Source: Lophium mytilinum
Lineage: Eukaryota
NCBI GenBank assembly: GCA_010093605.1
Contig: MU004193.1
Coordinates: forward strand, 937,520-1,001,519
Reading direction: 5' to 3'
DNA length: 64,000 nucleotides
The position numbers and the translations under genes were made by a program. Below, piece by piece: positions 11,442-24,166 of this stretch. Position 1 is the stretch's first letter. The number at the start of each line of letters is the position of its first letter. The notes under the pieces are model-generated. The model ran no database searches. It was given only the letters and a program-made list of their open reading frames with translations, and was not told the origin of the DNA.

Positions 11442-12847
11442 GGTGCGGCTTGGTGGGGAAGAGGGTGGAGGGGGTGAAGAGTATTTTTCTAAAGTTGATG
11501 GCTTTTTGGGATTGAAGGTAGGAGTGCTTGTAGGGGTGAACTGGGTTTTTAAACTCCGCCTTTTATGAGTGTGAAAGAGTGACGACGCCGCGGAGTTGAT
11601 CATGATGGCCGTAAGAAGAGTCCTTAACATAGCTGTGTTAGTGCCTTGGATCCTGTTTGTGACAAGGAAGATGGCTCGAGGCCATATTTGCAATTGGGCC
11701 AGCCATGTTTGCAGTAGGAGCAATCCAAGGCACAGCAGAGCTAGACCTCGCTAATGACCAGCTGTCGATCTTTGTGGGGTTTGGCAGCTGTGGACACTGA
11801 GACAGCCTGGACGTAAAGCCACAATGTCCCAAGGTTGAGAATTAGCTGGATCAATCATGTCGGAGAACTAGCACGAAAACCAGCTCGGCAGATCCGAGGA
11901 AAACATGGTTCTGTGGCCATGTATGGAGTGGCCTACTAGACATCTCTGGTATGGGATCGCGAGGGCGTCATGAAAGCTGCCGATGATGGTGAAGTGAAAC
12001 TTGATAGCGGTGAGATTAAACTTGCTGCTAGTATGATCATCGCGGAAACTATAATCGGGCGCCGTCATAGACCAGTCGGAACCGACTCCGGAAAGAGTTG
12101 AACAACATTTAGCAAGAAGATGATTAGCGGAACCACTATGAGAGTGAGACATGTCTACCTACCTCGCCAAGTAGCGCATACCTACCTGCCTAGGTACCTA
12201 GGTACTCAAGATATTTTACGCCACAGTGGCGGAGGTGGCTGAAGCACTTCGAGAAAAAGGTGACCGTGCATGGATACCCTGCCAGGATGCATGACGACGA
12301 TCCAGCATCATGCGCAACTTCCAACTTCGCAAAGTTTTGATCTGAAGAGTATTGTCCTAGGACTTGGTAGGCGTAGGCTCGGAGCGACTCCGAAGCCGCT
12401 TGTAAAGATAGCGAACGTGATCTGAAAGGCGGCGAAAAGAAAGGGCAGAGGCTTAGACTCCCCCTCTTGCTCTAAGGTAGAAACCATACTTTCTCGGAGA
12501 TCCTTGCTGCTGTCATGTGTATATGTCAAAAATGAAATCAAACTCGGGCTTGTTTTTGACGCTATGAGTAAATCTGGACTAGTGGAAACGGTACCTTTGT
12601 ACCTCTCTGAAAGCTTGTATGAATGCTGTAATATATGAGCGGCCAGGACTTTCGACAAGGATAGAATAAGGTGTCCCCATCGCAATTCTAGCAGTTGTAA
12701 TTGAAGACAGGTACCCAACACCGTTAACTCCTTCCTTAAGCCTCAGTCTATCCTACGTACCTTGCACATAGACAAGAACCATGCTCGACACTGCTCCCCT
12801 CCACGTGAGGACGCGTCCGTCTGAACTTCAAAGAAAACGTCTCAATC

Positions 12848-13995
12848 TCAACATTCGCCTCCGCGTCCTTCATACCCTCCACGTCCTTGATATCCTCCCT
12901 GATTCACCGGCAACAAACTGACCGAGCTCATCCTCCAACCATCCACCGGCTTGCTCACCGTCCGCACGCTCAAAAACACCGCCGCCTTCCCGCCCTGATG
13001 CAGCGCCTTAACCTCACTCGGATGCACAATACTGAAGATCAACATCGCTAGCGCCATCAGCGCCGCATCCAGCGCATACAGATACACCTCGTGCAGCTGC
13101 AGCGTGCCCTTCTCGCCCTGCACGTACTCTGTCACGCGGTACACGGAGCGGATGAGGATGAGCGCGGCGACGATGAAGAGGGTGGCGAGGTGCTTCATCC
13201 ACGGAACTTCCTGGGACTTGGGCGTGGGGCGCGAACGCAGGCGCGTCATGAAAATGAGGCTGTTGATGAGAAAGAGGGTGAAGAAGAGGATTTGAGCGAA
13301 GAGGCCGACGAGGATAATGTTTTTGCCTTTTTTGGCGTCTTTGGCGGTGCCGCTGGCTAGTAGTGCGCCACCTGTGGGATTTGTTAGTGAGGTTCGAGAT
13401 CAAATCGATCAAAGGGGGTGGAGGTTGGAACGTACCGAAGGCTTGCACGAGGAAGGAGAAGATGTCGCCGCAGACGAAGATCGCAGTGAGCCATTTCCGT
13501 CGGATGATCGAGTGACTTTCGCCGTCTGTGAGGAGGATGATGCGGCCGAGGACCATGTATATAGAAGCGGCGAAGAGGAGAGGGCCGAGCAGTATTCCGA
13601 GCACTTGGATGATGTAGGGGCCCTTCGTCCAGTTCGGGGTTTCTGCAGCACCCTTTAGACGAGCGAGGTATCCGATGATTTCAACTATTGTAGGAGATTA
13701 GGTCAGCATAGAACGATATCAAAACTTCGTGTTGACTCCTCAAGTATAGGCAAAGAAGTGTACAAGCCAATTCCCTAGCGCTTGAGAGTCCTAAGAAAGG
13801 GAGTAACTTACGAACACCACCAAGGCAGAACGGAATAAGATACCATGCCGACGTCCGCAGCATTTGGTACAGGTGAAGCAGCGTCAATATACCGAATATC
13901 CCTAGAAAGATGACCGCAGCGACTTTGGACGGGTCATAATCGTAGTATTTGCCGACCGTGTCCGCTCGGGAAAGTAGGAGGTTTATGGTAGCCAT
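12848..13995 (-). CDS. RTA1-like (lipid-translocating exporter family) protein, 3 exons
   Basis: YDYDPSKVAA, LGPLLFAASIYMVLGRII, FVCGDIFSFLVQ, IRSVYRVTEY and YALDAALM are RTA1 family motifs. Introns at about 13810-13690 and 13433-13372. Confidence 0.92.
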
Positions 13996-15873
13996 GGGCG
14001 CAGTGCGTAGAACCGCGGTTGAATGAGTAGAGATTTGACCAGACGATAGGATCGATTTTACGAGAGACGATCCGGTTTGTTTGATGCTATTCACGCTGGA
14101 AATGTGGCCAAATCAATGGAAACACGAAGCGGGCACTGGAAGGCTGATTGGGGGCGCAGGAGGATTGTGGATGCTGAGGTATGAGAATTGGAGGTGTTGG
14201 AATGGCGTAAAGACTGGAGACATTATTGGGCTTTGGTCTTATATAGTCTGAGGTCGCAAGAGGTATTCTCCAAAAAGAGGCGCAGCCTTCTGGTTTCGCT
14301 GTCGATCAGACGAAAGCTCGCGTAACGAGGCGCGAAGCGGGTAGCTGCTCGTGGACAAGTAAGATATCGGCGGCTTAGCTTGTTGATCATTCTTTAGCAT
14401 CGTTTTAAAGATAAGGTTGGCGAATTGAAACTATGATTAGATGGCTATGTGACGTATAAAATCAGCAGGCAGTGTAGTCAACGGCGATGGGGCTCCATGT
14501 TGACCTGCGTGCGCCATCCAGTGGCCACGCAAAAGGCCAAACTGTAAGCGAAATGCCACGTACTCATCAGCCGGATTTGCACACTTCGAGTCTTGCTAAG
14601 ACAGTGTGGGGAATATTCCCAGTGACGGGATTTGCGAAGGTGCCGACATTCACTCGTTCACGAAACCGCAGATATAAACGAACAGGGAGGCGTTCGGGCC
14701 TAAACTTCCAACGGCTCCCTCATTGACTGCTTTCTCCATATGCTCCATATAATAGGCTTCTTTCTCGCACTTTGATACGATGTCATTACCGGTTTCTGTT
14801 CGAAGGTATATTTTAGGCGTCCGTGTGTTCGTATTTGGATCTGCGGTGCTAGGACCGAGTTGCGAGTCCGTGTTCAGGTACGCTGGCGAATCGCGACATG
14901 GTCTTGTTTTGATGCTATGTAAAGCTTGGCAGGCTTAGCTCCCGTCAGTGTCGGGCACTTGGTGAACCCTGGAGAGCTGGTTCTGTCGGGATTTCATATT
15001 GCGAGGTTCCTTTTGTTGTTCCCCGTTCTTCGTTCTCCATTTGTATTTATTGTTTCCGGCTCTCATTTTATTTTATGCTTCCCTGTCTGCACTTTGCAGT
15101 ATTCCAACGCAACAATTGTTTACCTATCGGCGGCTGTCCATCTTGTCTTCTTTCGTCGTTCGTAATCTTGAATCAGCACAGCCTCAGCCACACCCCACTG
15201 AAAAGTCAATCTTCCACTGCCGCGTCACCAAGTAGGTAAGCAACGCCAACAGCGTAGAGAATAGGGGCGCTCTTAGGTCTTGTGAGAGGGTCTTGTAAGA
15301 GCTTAAGGTTAGACGGTCGGGCTTAAGTCTTTTGACATCAGTAAATGATATATACACAAGAGAAAGTGGTTCCTAGGTTCAACGTCGTGATAGACTACAT
15401 CGGGAGATCGTTTGTCCGAGCCGGAAGCTCAGATCACGTGATTTATGTACATCTGGCAGTTCGGCACTGTCTGAAGTGGCCCAAAAAGCTATCAGGCTTG
15501 CCAAAGCTAGTAATTTTTGAATAGTATCAGTATACTGGAGGACCTCAAGCAGTGCTAAACAAGCGTATATACCTTACGGATTCATACTGTAGACCGCTAC
15601 TGTCTGTCAATACTCGATTACCACACTGCCCTTTTAGATGCACCTGTTCACTACTGTTTGAAGTGCCTCAATGAGTTTCCACAGACCTCAAAACGAAGAA
15701 CTTCTATCCCGTTTGAACTTCCAAAAATGCATTGAAGAACTCCACCCAGTGGCACACACCTGTAGATTACAGACCCCTGGCTTGCGCTTGCCTTATTAAG
15801 CTTCTCCCAACCAACCCCAACACTCGGCCTCGTTTCGTTTCACACACCTACAGGCATCGCCCACCCCACAACC

Positions 15874-17064
15874 ATGGCGTTCTACATCCGCGCCGCTACC
15901 CAAGACGAGATCCAACGCGGCGGCCTTTGGTCTATCCAATACCTCGGCGAGGGCGCCGCCAATGTCGTCTTCGCGCTCCGCGACCCTTCCTACGCCCCAC
16001 AAGGGTCGTGCGAATGCCGCCACCCCGTCGTCTGTACCACCGCGTCAGATGAAGACGCGCCGTTGTCGCTACTGCAAAACCGCGTCCTCCGCTTCTCGAA
16101 AAACACGCGGAACGCTCCAAGCTGCCGCGACATCGCAACCCACTTCACCAACATCACCAGCCACTTCTTCGATGGCGACACAGCTCGTCATCACACGTTC
16201 GAAGGCGTAGTTGAGGTCACGCAGCCTCTCATTGACTATCTCAACACATTACTGCGGCAGTGGGGGATGTTGAACCGTCGAAAAGCTGGCTGCGAGCGCG
16301 AAGAGATCCGCACAGACGACCCCTGCTGCATTCTCCTCCCGGATCTCACGCCTGTCCCCGGCTCCTTCGCTACCATCGAGATCAAGCCGAAGTGGCTGCT
16401 CCAATCCCCCACCGCACCACCCTTCGCGATACGCTGTCGAACCTGCGCGTTGAGGGCGCAGCGCGCGGCGAAGGGCGACGCACGTCGGCTGATGATGGAC
16501 AACGGCGAAACCCCATTTTGCCCTCTGACCTTGGTTTCGGACGACGGATCTGCGATCTCACAAATCTTTTACAATCGCCTACGGCACTTACCGTGGTTCG
16601 AGACGCTCTCCCCAATCGACCAGATTGGGATGGAGGTGCTAGTGTTAACCTACTTCTGCAGCGGACCGGGGCGCGCTTTGATGCTGAAGTTGAAGCGGTG
16701 GCAGGAAGAGCTTGATCCCGTGGCCCCCCCGAACTCCGAGCGCATGTCGAATTTCGGAGGCATTATTTTGAGTGCAATTCCGCCGCCGACTACTGAGGTA
16801 ATGAGGGAGCGGTTGAAGGTCGCGATGACGTTTCGGGATTGCTCGATGTTTGTTTGCGTGCATTATGGGGCCGAGGTGCCTTTTGTGGAGGCATATCTGG
16901 TAGATTTGGATCCGAAGGTGGATGAGAAGATAAGTGAGTGGTTGGAGAAGGAAAATGGGCTGATCAACCAGGGGTGGTATATGGGGAAAGAGGAGGGGGA
17001 AAGTAGGGAAGAGGTATGCATTTTGGCGAAGCAGATGAAGAGGGAGGTGATGTGGTGGTTGTGA
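15874..17064 (+). CDS. IPK1: Inositol-pentakisphosphate 2-kinase (Ipk1-like)
   Basis: YLGEGAANVVF, EIKPKWLLQSP, RCRTCAL, FCPL, AMTFRDCS and DLDPK motifs. Confidence 0.88.
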   Translation: MAFYIRAATQDEIQRGGLWSIQYLGEGAANVVFALRDPSYAPQGSCECRHPVVCTTASDEDAPLSLLQNRVLRFSKNTRNAPSCRDIATHFTNITSHFFDGDTARHHTFEGVVEVTQPLIDYLNTLLRQWGMLNRRKAGCEREEIRTDDPCCILLPDLTPVPGSFATIEIKPKWLLQSPTAPPFAIRCRTCALRAQRAAKGDARRLMMDNGETPFCPLTLVSDDGSAISQIFYNRLRHLPWFETLSPIDQIGMEVLVLTYFCSGPGRALMLKLKRWQEELDPVAPPNSERMSNFGGIILSAIPPPTTEVMRERLKVAMTFRDCSMFVCVHYGAEVPFVEAYLVDLDPKVDEKISEWLEKENGLINQGWYMGKEEGESREEVCILAKQMKREVMWWL

Positions 17065-17397
17065 GCGGTTGGCTTGGCTGGGGGCTTGCTTTTGGCGTTT
17101 CGGGAGCATTATACCCATGTGCTACTACTAAGGGTTGGGTTTTGAGAACTGGAACGGGAGGGACAGCTGGTGGTATGGGTGTTTGGGTTTGTGAGGAGTG
17201 ACCGCGAGAAACATCGATCTGGACAAATCCGGTCATTGATAAGACCTCATTAATCAACTCAAGTAAGTCTAAAATTCGACTTGGGCTAGGTGACACCGTA
17301 AGAACTGAGATGAGACATCCACAATTCCTTTCATACTTTTCGTACATGGTCTCCTTGTATTCGACCCGAAAAAGCACCCACCAAACATCTCCCAAAG

Positions 17398-17834
17398 TCA
17401 TAAGGCTCCCCAATCTCTCTGCTCACGACTACTTTCGTCATATGGCGATGGCAGCACAGGCCAGTCCAAATACGATGGTTGTTGAGTGGGAGCTAGGACA
17501 TCGAGTTCTATACCCGTCGAATGCTGTGGCGGTGTCGTTCTGGAGGTAGTGGAATCAGGTGGGGTTCCAAGGTCGTGGATGCTGCTAGTCTCGGTATCTA
17601 TCGATAGCCTTGTTAGCTGAGACATGAAAGAGAACCTATCATTGCGCAGAACTCAGGTGAATCGGTGTTCTAAAGTTATAGACATGGGACCTTAAGCCAG
17701 GGAGATTTAGTCAACATACCTTCAACTATTCTTCGTCGACGAAAGAATCTCATCACGACTTTGACTAGTGCACCGAGCACTTGTAGAATAGTGACAGTGC
17801 CGAAAATAATGGCGAGGGAGGTATCTAGCTTCAT
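17398..17834 (-). pseudogene. Possible small single-TM protein gene with an in-frame premature stop
   Basis: MKLDTSLAIIFGTVTILQVLGALV..RRRR, then a GTATGT..TTTAG intron. The frame has TGA at 17653-17655 and continues into the 17398-17625 ORF. Confidence 0.3.
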
Positions 17835-19672
17835 AGCAGCCTGGCTTATCAATAGAAACAACTCTTCGAATATGAATCGAAGGATTAAATCAATAAACAG
17901 CAGGAAGAAGGAATCTTGAACAAAAGTAACAGTAAGCAGAGACGATAGTCTCAGGACGATTAGATACATAATGCAGATGTGAGGGGTGGGCTGTATTTCA
18001 GCTAAAACCCTCATAACTACACCTTGAACGCCTTCCACGTCGCGATGCGGGCAGCTGTCACGATTCGTGAAAAAAGATTGGCCCTAGGCTAGTTAGGCCG
18101 GACAGAATTTGTACCACTTATGTAGGGTGTGGACGCTTTGACAATAATCTTGACAGCAGCAGCGTTGGGGACGCCTTGCGAAACCCCTGCCGCTGCTACG
18201 CAACTGGCGGTGCCAAATTGCAGCCAGTGTTGTACCTCTCTCCGCCCTATATGCATGTACCTTGTACGGAGAGAGCACGATGATTCGAGATGCCCAAGCT
18301 AGCAGCTATGGTGGCGCTGCGGGGGACGAGGTGCCGCTACCGGGGCCTGAAAGGACTTTCCAATTAGAACGTGAAGGCTGTGGGTGGTGCCGTACGTCCA
18401 ATCGGATGGGAGGGTGAAAGGCTGAGGGGCAGACGGCATAGTGTCAGAGGGCTCGATATGTGGCGTAACGTGCAGGTCGAAAGATAAGGTGCAGGTGGGC
18501 GTGCAGCCGCGTGGTGGGGATGCCACCTCTGGCTGCTGCGCATCTAGGACAACTAGAATAACATCCCCGCTTCGCACGCTGCGCAGAGCCTCATCTTTTC
18601 CTCATATAGAGCGATCCGCCAGCGACATTTGAGTATATACGCCCCGATAGCAGCAACTCCAACCTACAATTCCGCCTCATATAAATGATTTGAGTCACTC
18701 TATCTCCGACGTACTAACCAGTGCTTCATCTTCTTACCACATTCGATGGATGTACGAAAGTCCCTAAAAAAAGGGACGAACGAATTCGTAGCTTCATGAA
18801 CCTGTATTTCCGCATCAAGCGAAGACATTTTGAGGTGATGTAGTGATTTTCGTAAAGCCGTATGCTAGCTTTGGGTGAGCAACTTACCTGAGGCTTTTAT
18901 GGCCTTGGCCTTGTCTTCGTATGTAGCGATCGGGCTGAAACTTCACCTTTAGTGAATTCGAACAGCACCAGTGGCATGATCATAGATCTAACGCCTCTCA
19001 ATACTTACCCAAAAAGCATCTCTACCACTATTTTCCAAGTTTCGTTCAACAACTTCCTGACGCAAAAGCTTCCTTGATTTTAGGGATTTGCGATCGGTAA
19101 ATTGTACAAGTAACCTGGAGAGCAGTGTTAAAAGATGCTGCATTTTAGCTATAGAATTTAATTCCTTCTTTCTTTATATTCTTTAGAACGTAGCAGTTAG
19201 CAAATGGACGGCCGAGCCTGATAAAAATGCTGCAGAAAGCTCTCAAACCACCTAAGATGTTCATTCCCAAGGAAAAACGCGTGCTATTCCCTGCACGCTC
19301 TGAGCAAAATCTGGTCTAACCGAATATCTGAAGAACACAACGACGTCGGTGCATCTGAGCTCGCTGAGGTAACCTGGGAACTCTACGAGCACGCGCACTT
19401 CAGCGTCATGGTTTGGCGAACACCTCTTCTAGCAACTCTTCCCTGGTACCCCACTGAAGTCGCAGGCTTTTGTTGAAGTTGGAGAATGAGCAGTGATTAA
19501 CCGAGACTTGGCACTTCGTGAGAAGACGGCTGACGGGAAGGTTGGACTGGAGGTCTAGAGTGATGCAATAAAACTCAATTGCAACACAAGTAACTTTTAC
19601 CGGTCCAAGTACACCGATTGCGAAGCGTAGCACCCATTTCTTGCAGCAAGCTCAAGCCTACCTACACTCCTC

Positions 19673-21406
19673 TTACACAGCCTCTTCCTCCCCTCTCTTC
19701 GTCAACCCCCCATAAAACTTCCTCTCCTCATACACCTTAACATCATCCTCCGCAAAAATCCTGCCTTCCTTCTCCGCCTTAATCCTAAGCCTTCTAATCC
19801 TCCTCACATCCCACTCCACATTCCTCGTCAACCACCATGTCCAGCAGTTCGCAATCCACCCCACCCCAATCGCAGTCGCGCAGATCGCAAACGAGGCCCT
19901 GTACCCATTATGCGCCCATCTTGACTGGAACAGCTGCGGGCCAATCACGCCCCCGACCTGCCCAACGCAAGACTGGAAGGCCAACGTAAAAGCGGTGCCG
20001 GTCGTGCCTTTTAGTGTGGACGAGCGCCACGCCCAGAACGGGATGAAGTAGACGGAGTAAAACATAGTCCCCAGAACACACGCGGCGTAGACGACGCCGG
20101 GCGTGCGGACGGTGGCGAGGACAATAAAGAAGGTAGTTGCGCCGGCCATGATGAACATGATGAATGCTGGGCGGGTGATCCATGCACGCTTCATGAACCA
20201 GCCTGCGGCGATGATGGAGAGCACGGTGGCGCCCGCAGGCGGGATGTTGAGAAGCTGATTGCGGGGCAAACCGGCGAAGCCCAAGTTGGTCGTGATGACA
20301 GGGAGCTGCCAACTTAGGCCGTAGCCGCCGAGGTTGAGGAGGATCTGAGAGAGCATGAAGGAGTAGGTTCGCGGGTCGGTGAGGGAGGCCCAGATCTCAG
20401 ATTTCGAGAATGCGGAGTCGTGGGTGAGGGGGGCATTTTCGGAGAGGCGGAGCTCGAGGTATTGTTGTTCTCTGGGAGTGAGCCAGGAGCGGGAGCGGGG
20501 GGATTTGGGGTAGTCCGGGAGCACGAGGAAGACCACTGCGGAGAAACAGATTGTGAAGATGCCTTCAATGAGGTAGACCCTGAAAGCGAATTGATTAGGG
20601 AGTGTTGGAGTTGAAGATGAAGGAGGGCTTACCATCGCCAAGCACTTAAACCACCTTTCCCGTTGAGATAGGATATGCCGTAGGCGAGTAGAGAGCCGAC
20701 AATGCCGGAGGTATTCTGGAAGCCAAACATCCACATGATTGGCTTTCCCATTTCGTCGCTGCGGTACCAACTGCACAGCTGAGCGGCGAGTCCGGGGAAC
20801 ATGCCCGCCTCCATCATGCCTAGGATGAATCTAGCAGCATAGAGACCTTCCTTATTCTTAACGGCTGCATGGCATGCTAGAACAATTCCCCAGGAAAGCA
20901 TGATTCGGGTTTGCCAATTGCGGGGGGTAACCTTCTTTAGTAAGAGATTGCTGGGTACTTCGAAGATGATGTAGGCGATCTATATATGCTTGTTAGTGAG
21001 TGTCACTGAACTGATACGGCTGGAAAACTTACGAAATAAATGGATTGGACCCAATTGTATTGGTCGGAAGTCATGTGCAGCTCCTTCATGATGTTGGACG
21101 GCTGCTTGACCTGTAGGACTTTGACCGAGGCTGCATTCGCATAGTCGACCTAGAAACAATTAGCTTGAACAACCATGCACCGAGGGGATATCCTACATTT
21201 TTGATCAAATACATCAAGCCGATGAGCAGCAAAAATCTCCGGTCCACCTTCCGCATGATCGCCTTGTCCTCTGCGGAAGAGAAAGACGCCAGGAACGCCT
21301 CTTTGTCACTCTCAGACATGTTATCGGCGACATCTTGGATGTTTGTCAAAGACGGGTTGTCCCCATCTTGTCCAGGTTTAACATCATAAGGCGCTGCGGC
21401 TGCCAT
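19673..21406 (-). CDS. MFS transporter, allantoate/anion:cation symporter family, multi-exon
   Basis: AIMRKVDRR, IFEVPSNLLLK, RFILGMMEAGMFPG, SWYRSDE, LPDYP, GGVIGPQLF; about 12 hydrophobic segments; three GT-AG introns. Confidence 0.93.
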
Positions 21407-23497
21407 TGATGCGGATCGCCCGTTTGGACCTATATCTGGGGTAGATCAATAGAGCTAAGCCTGCCGTGCTTTTCCTACCACTGAAAATTGGGGAGGGATG
21501 TGACACAAAGTCGTGAATACCAGAGCGCCGGGAGAGCTGACATATATGCACCCCGTAACGGTGAGTACATCTGATAGCGTGCAAGCTTTTCTACCGCGTG
21601 CGTGATAGGCATCAGATAACCCGAGGCCAAGGGTCTGGGAGCCCACATTCGTCAGAAGTAGATCCGCGCACGCAATGATTGTGATAACAGGACCCCATTG
21701 CCTATGGTTCGTGGTTGTTTCGCGTGGGAAGTAGTGGAGCGATCTATACAATATGCGGAAAAAACACCATCTCCGCTAAAAGACGCCGAGGCCGCGTGCC
21801 TATGACAACTGTTACTAGTAGGTGTTGTGCAGTAGTCAGTCAACCGAAGTTTTAGCTGGTTTCTGGGAAAGACATGGGATAGATGTAGTAATACGCAGTG
21901 TTGATGGCGTGCGAGAACACGAAAACCACACGACGTTTCACGTACCGGCAAAACTGCCGATCATGATATTTGCGAACGCGTAAATGAAATTGATTGTTGA
22001 AACCGAGAAAGACAGAAAGGTGGGTTGGCCATTTTTTCTTGCATTGGACGAGACTGATGCTCTCAGAAGGAGATGTTCTAGGTATTCTAGTGTAGACTTC
22101 GTTCATTACAGATTCTACGTCGTGGTACGGATTGAATGAAAGTGGCATCCAACCCACCTCCAGTTAACCTACTATGATGACGTGGCATGTGTATCCCAGG
22201 CAGTACGTTACGTACAATCACTTGATGGACTTGATAGATGGTGAAGGTCGGAAAGGACAAAGCTCGAGGGCTCTCGTAGGTCGTATTTTATGATGACTAA
22301 AGCAGCAGCACCGATAAAAATTACTTTAATACTTTCGTCGCTCCGACAAGATGGCATCCACGGCATCCTAACCCCCGCACTATCTTGCGCTTTCTCAAAC
22401 CACCTCTGACCTCGAACAGGTCACTAATAGCGTTGTAGAGCGAGACTACTTGTCCCCGAGAGACGGCATTGATCATGAAGTCTGTATACTGACCATCAGC
22501 GCCATGGGATTGAACCACAGAACTTGAAAGGCATCGCTCAGGTACTTCATACGTCGTCTTGAATGATGTAATGGTTAGTTGTATACCCCACTCATATAGG
22601 GCGGTACTAATAGAACCCTGGGCCTTGTTGTAGAGCATCTTTCGAAGACTTTTAGACCTCTCATCACGTCCTCCCGAAGCCGAGCACACTCGTGAATCAA
22701 TCACACCCAGATACATACCAGGATACAGTAGACATTTAGAATACGAACATGGGTTCATTTTGATTCCAGGGCATCGACAGCTCGCGAGCCGTCGCATGTC
22801 TCGACCAATCGCGTTATACATCTGGTATCAACATCACCCGCTTCAAGTAGACCACCATGTACATTTTTCTTGGCGACTAGAAAGGCGATACTTCTCAGCA
22901 AAGAGTGCGAGGAATTGATGTGCTATTACCCCGCAATCGTGGAACCGGACTTTCTCGATGACATCTTGGACAACTCAGTCTCTGGATATACCAGTCACTG
23001 CTGATACTCCTTCATAAAACCTTGATGAGGTGTTTCATGCTGTGTCGTTTCCAACGCTGGAGGCATCGTGTCGAAGGCACAGAACATCGTCCATAATGGA
23101 AGCTGAACCAAGTCTGAGGAGCAGGAAGTGACCGGTCTCAGTAAGAGACTGCTAGACAAGAGAGTAGTTCGAAGTCGCAGCTTGCAATATGCGCGATCTG
23201 TAGTGGAAAAGGCGTGAGTTCTAGCTCGATTACTATTATTGCATCGGAGTGTTCAATTCAGCAATAGCAGGAGTGGTTGAGTGGATCGGTCGGATTATTC
23301 TACTTCCACTGGGTACGTTGTCTATGCTTTCGGGTTGACACTAGGTGCCCTTAACATGTCATAGCTTGCCGGGGCTGACGATTCTGTTGAGACCAACGGG
23401 GCCGCCCTTCTGATTGCGCCAGCATGGAGGGTACCGACCCAAGATGTACAAGAGTTTAAGCATAAAAGCAAACCAAGAAAGGCATACACTCCAACGT

Positions 23498-23890
23498 TCA
23501 GACACCTGTGATCTTGAAAATGAGAGTAGAAACACGCTCACCGTTTCCATCATCGCGAAATACGGTGACATATTCCACCTTCTTCAATACCAGGTCTGCC
23601 TTGTGATCGATTAGCATCCACGCAACTCCCCTCCCGTTCGCAGACGCAAGTAGTGTTTGGCCCTCTCGCATTGTTGCCGCAAACTCGACTCGTTCCGGCC
23701 AATGCCCAAGCTCCTTGCCAGCGTTCGCAAGCGCTTGTAGCACGATCCCGTTGGTCTCGTCGTTCTCGACCGGAGAAGAGAAGATGATGTACTACAGACT
23801 GCGAACCGCGCCTTCAGCACTTCGCTTCCATTGGAGCCAGGTTACGTCGGCCCATTGAGAGAGGGCCGGCCAGTCGCTTTTCCTGAGCAT
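23498..23890 (-). pseudogene. Fragment of an uncharacterised fungal domain, with an in-frame TAG
   Basis: Frame reads WPALSQWADVTWLQW...SL*YIIFSSPVENDETNGIVLQAL...WP...LLASANGRGVAWMLIDHK..LVLKKVEYVTVF..LIFKI. Stop at 23792-23794. No 5' portion or signal peptide found. Confidence 0.6.
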
Positions 23891-24166
23891 AGGTTCTGCT
23901 CTTTTTTTCCCCACACGAGAGTAGGAGACACAAGGTACTGCATCAGCTAAGGACTGGTTATGTTGTTGGGAGGGTTTAGCGCGAGAGAGAGAGAAGGGGT
24001 TGGCGGAGCTGCATAGCTCCTTCCCTGCCAGTCAGGGGGTCCGTACCTGCCAGAGGCGTCCCTGCCATTCTTCACGACCCCCTCTCTTTTTCCCCAACCT
24101 TTCTTGCTCTCTCTCAACTATTTTGAAAGTATCTCCGTTCCTTCAGCACTCTACGAAGGCTTCGAA

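Noticed and set aside
15253..15399. Possible solo LTR (..GTAG start, CTACA end)
   Set aside because: No target-site duplication or second copy in the window.
23945..24120. Purine-rich/pyrimidine-rich mirror between the divergent genes as a possible MITE
   Set aside because: The inverted similarity is low-complexity and weak, and there is no TSD.
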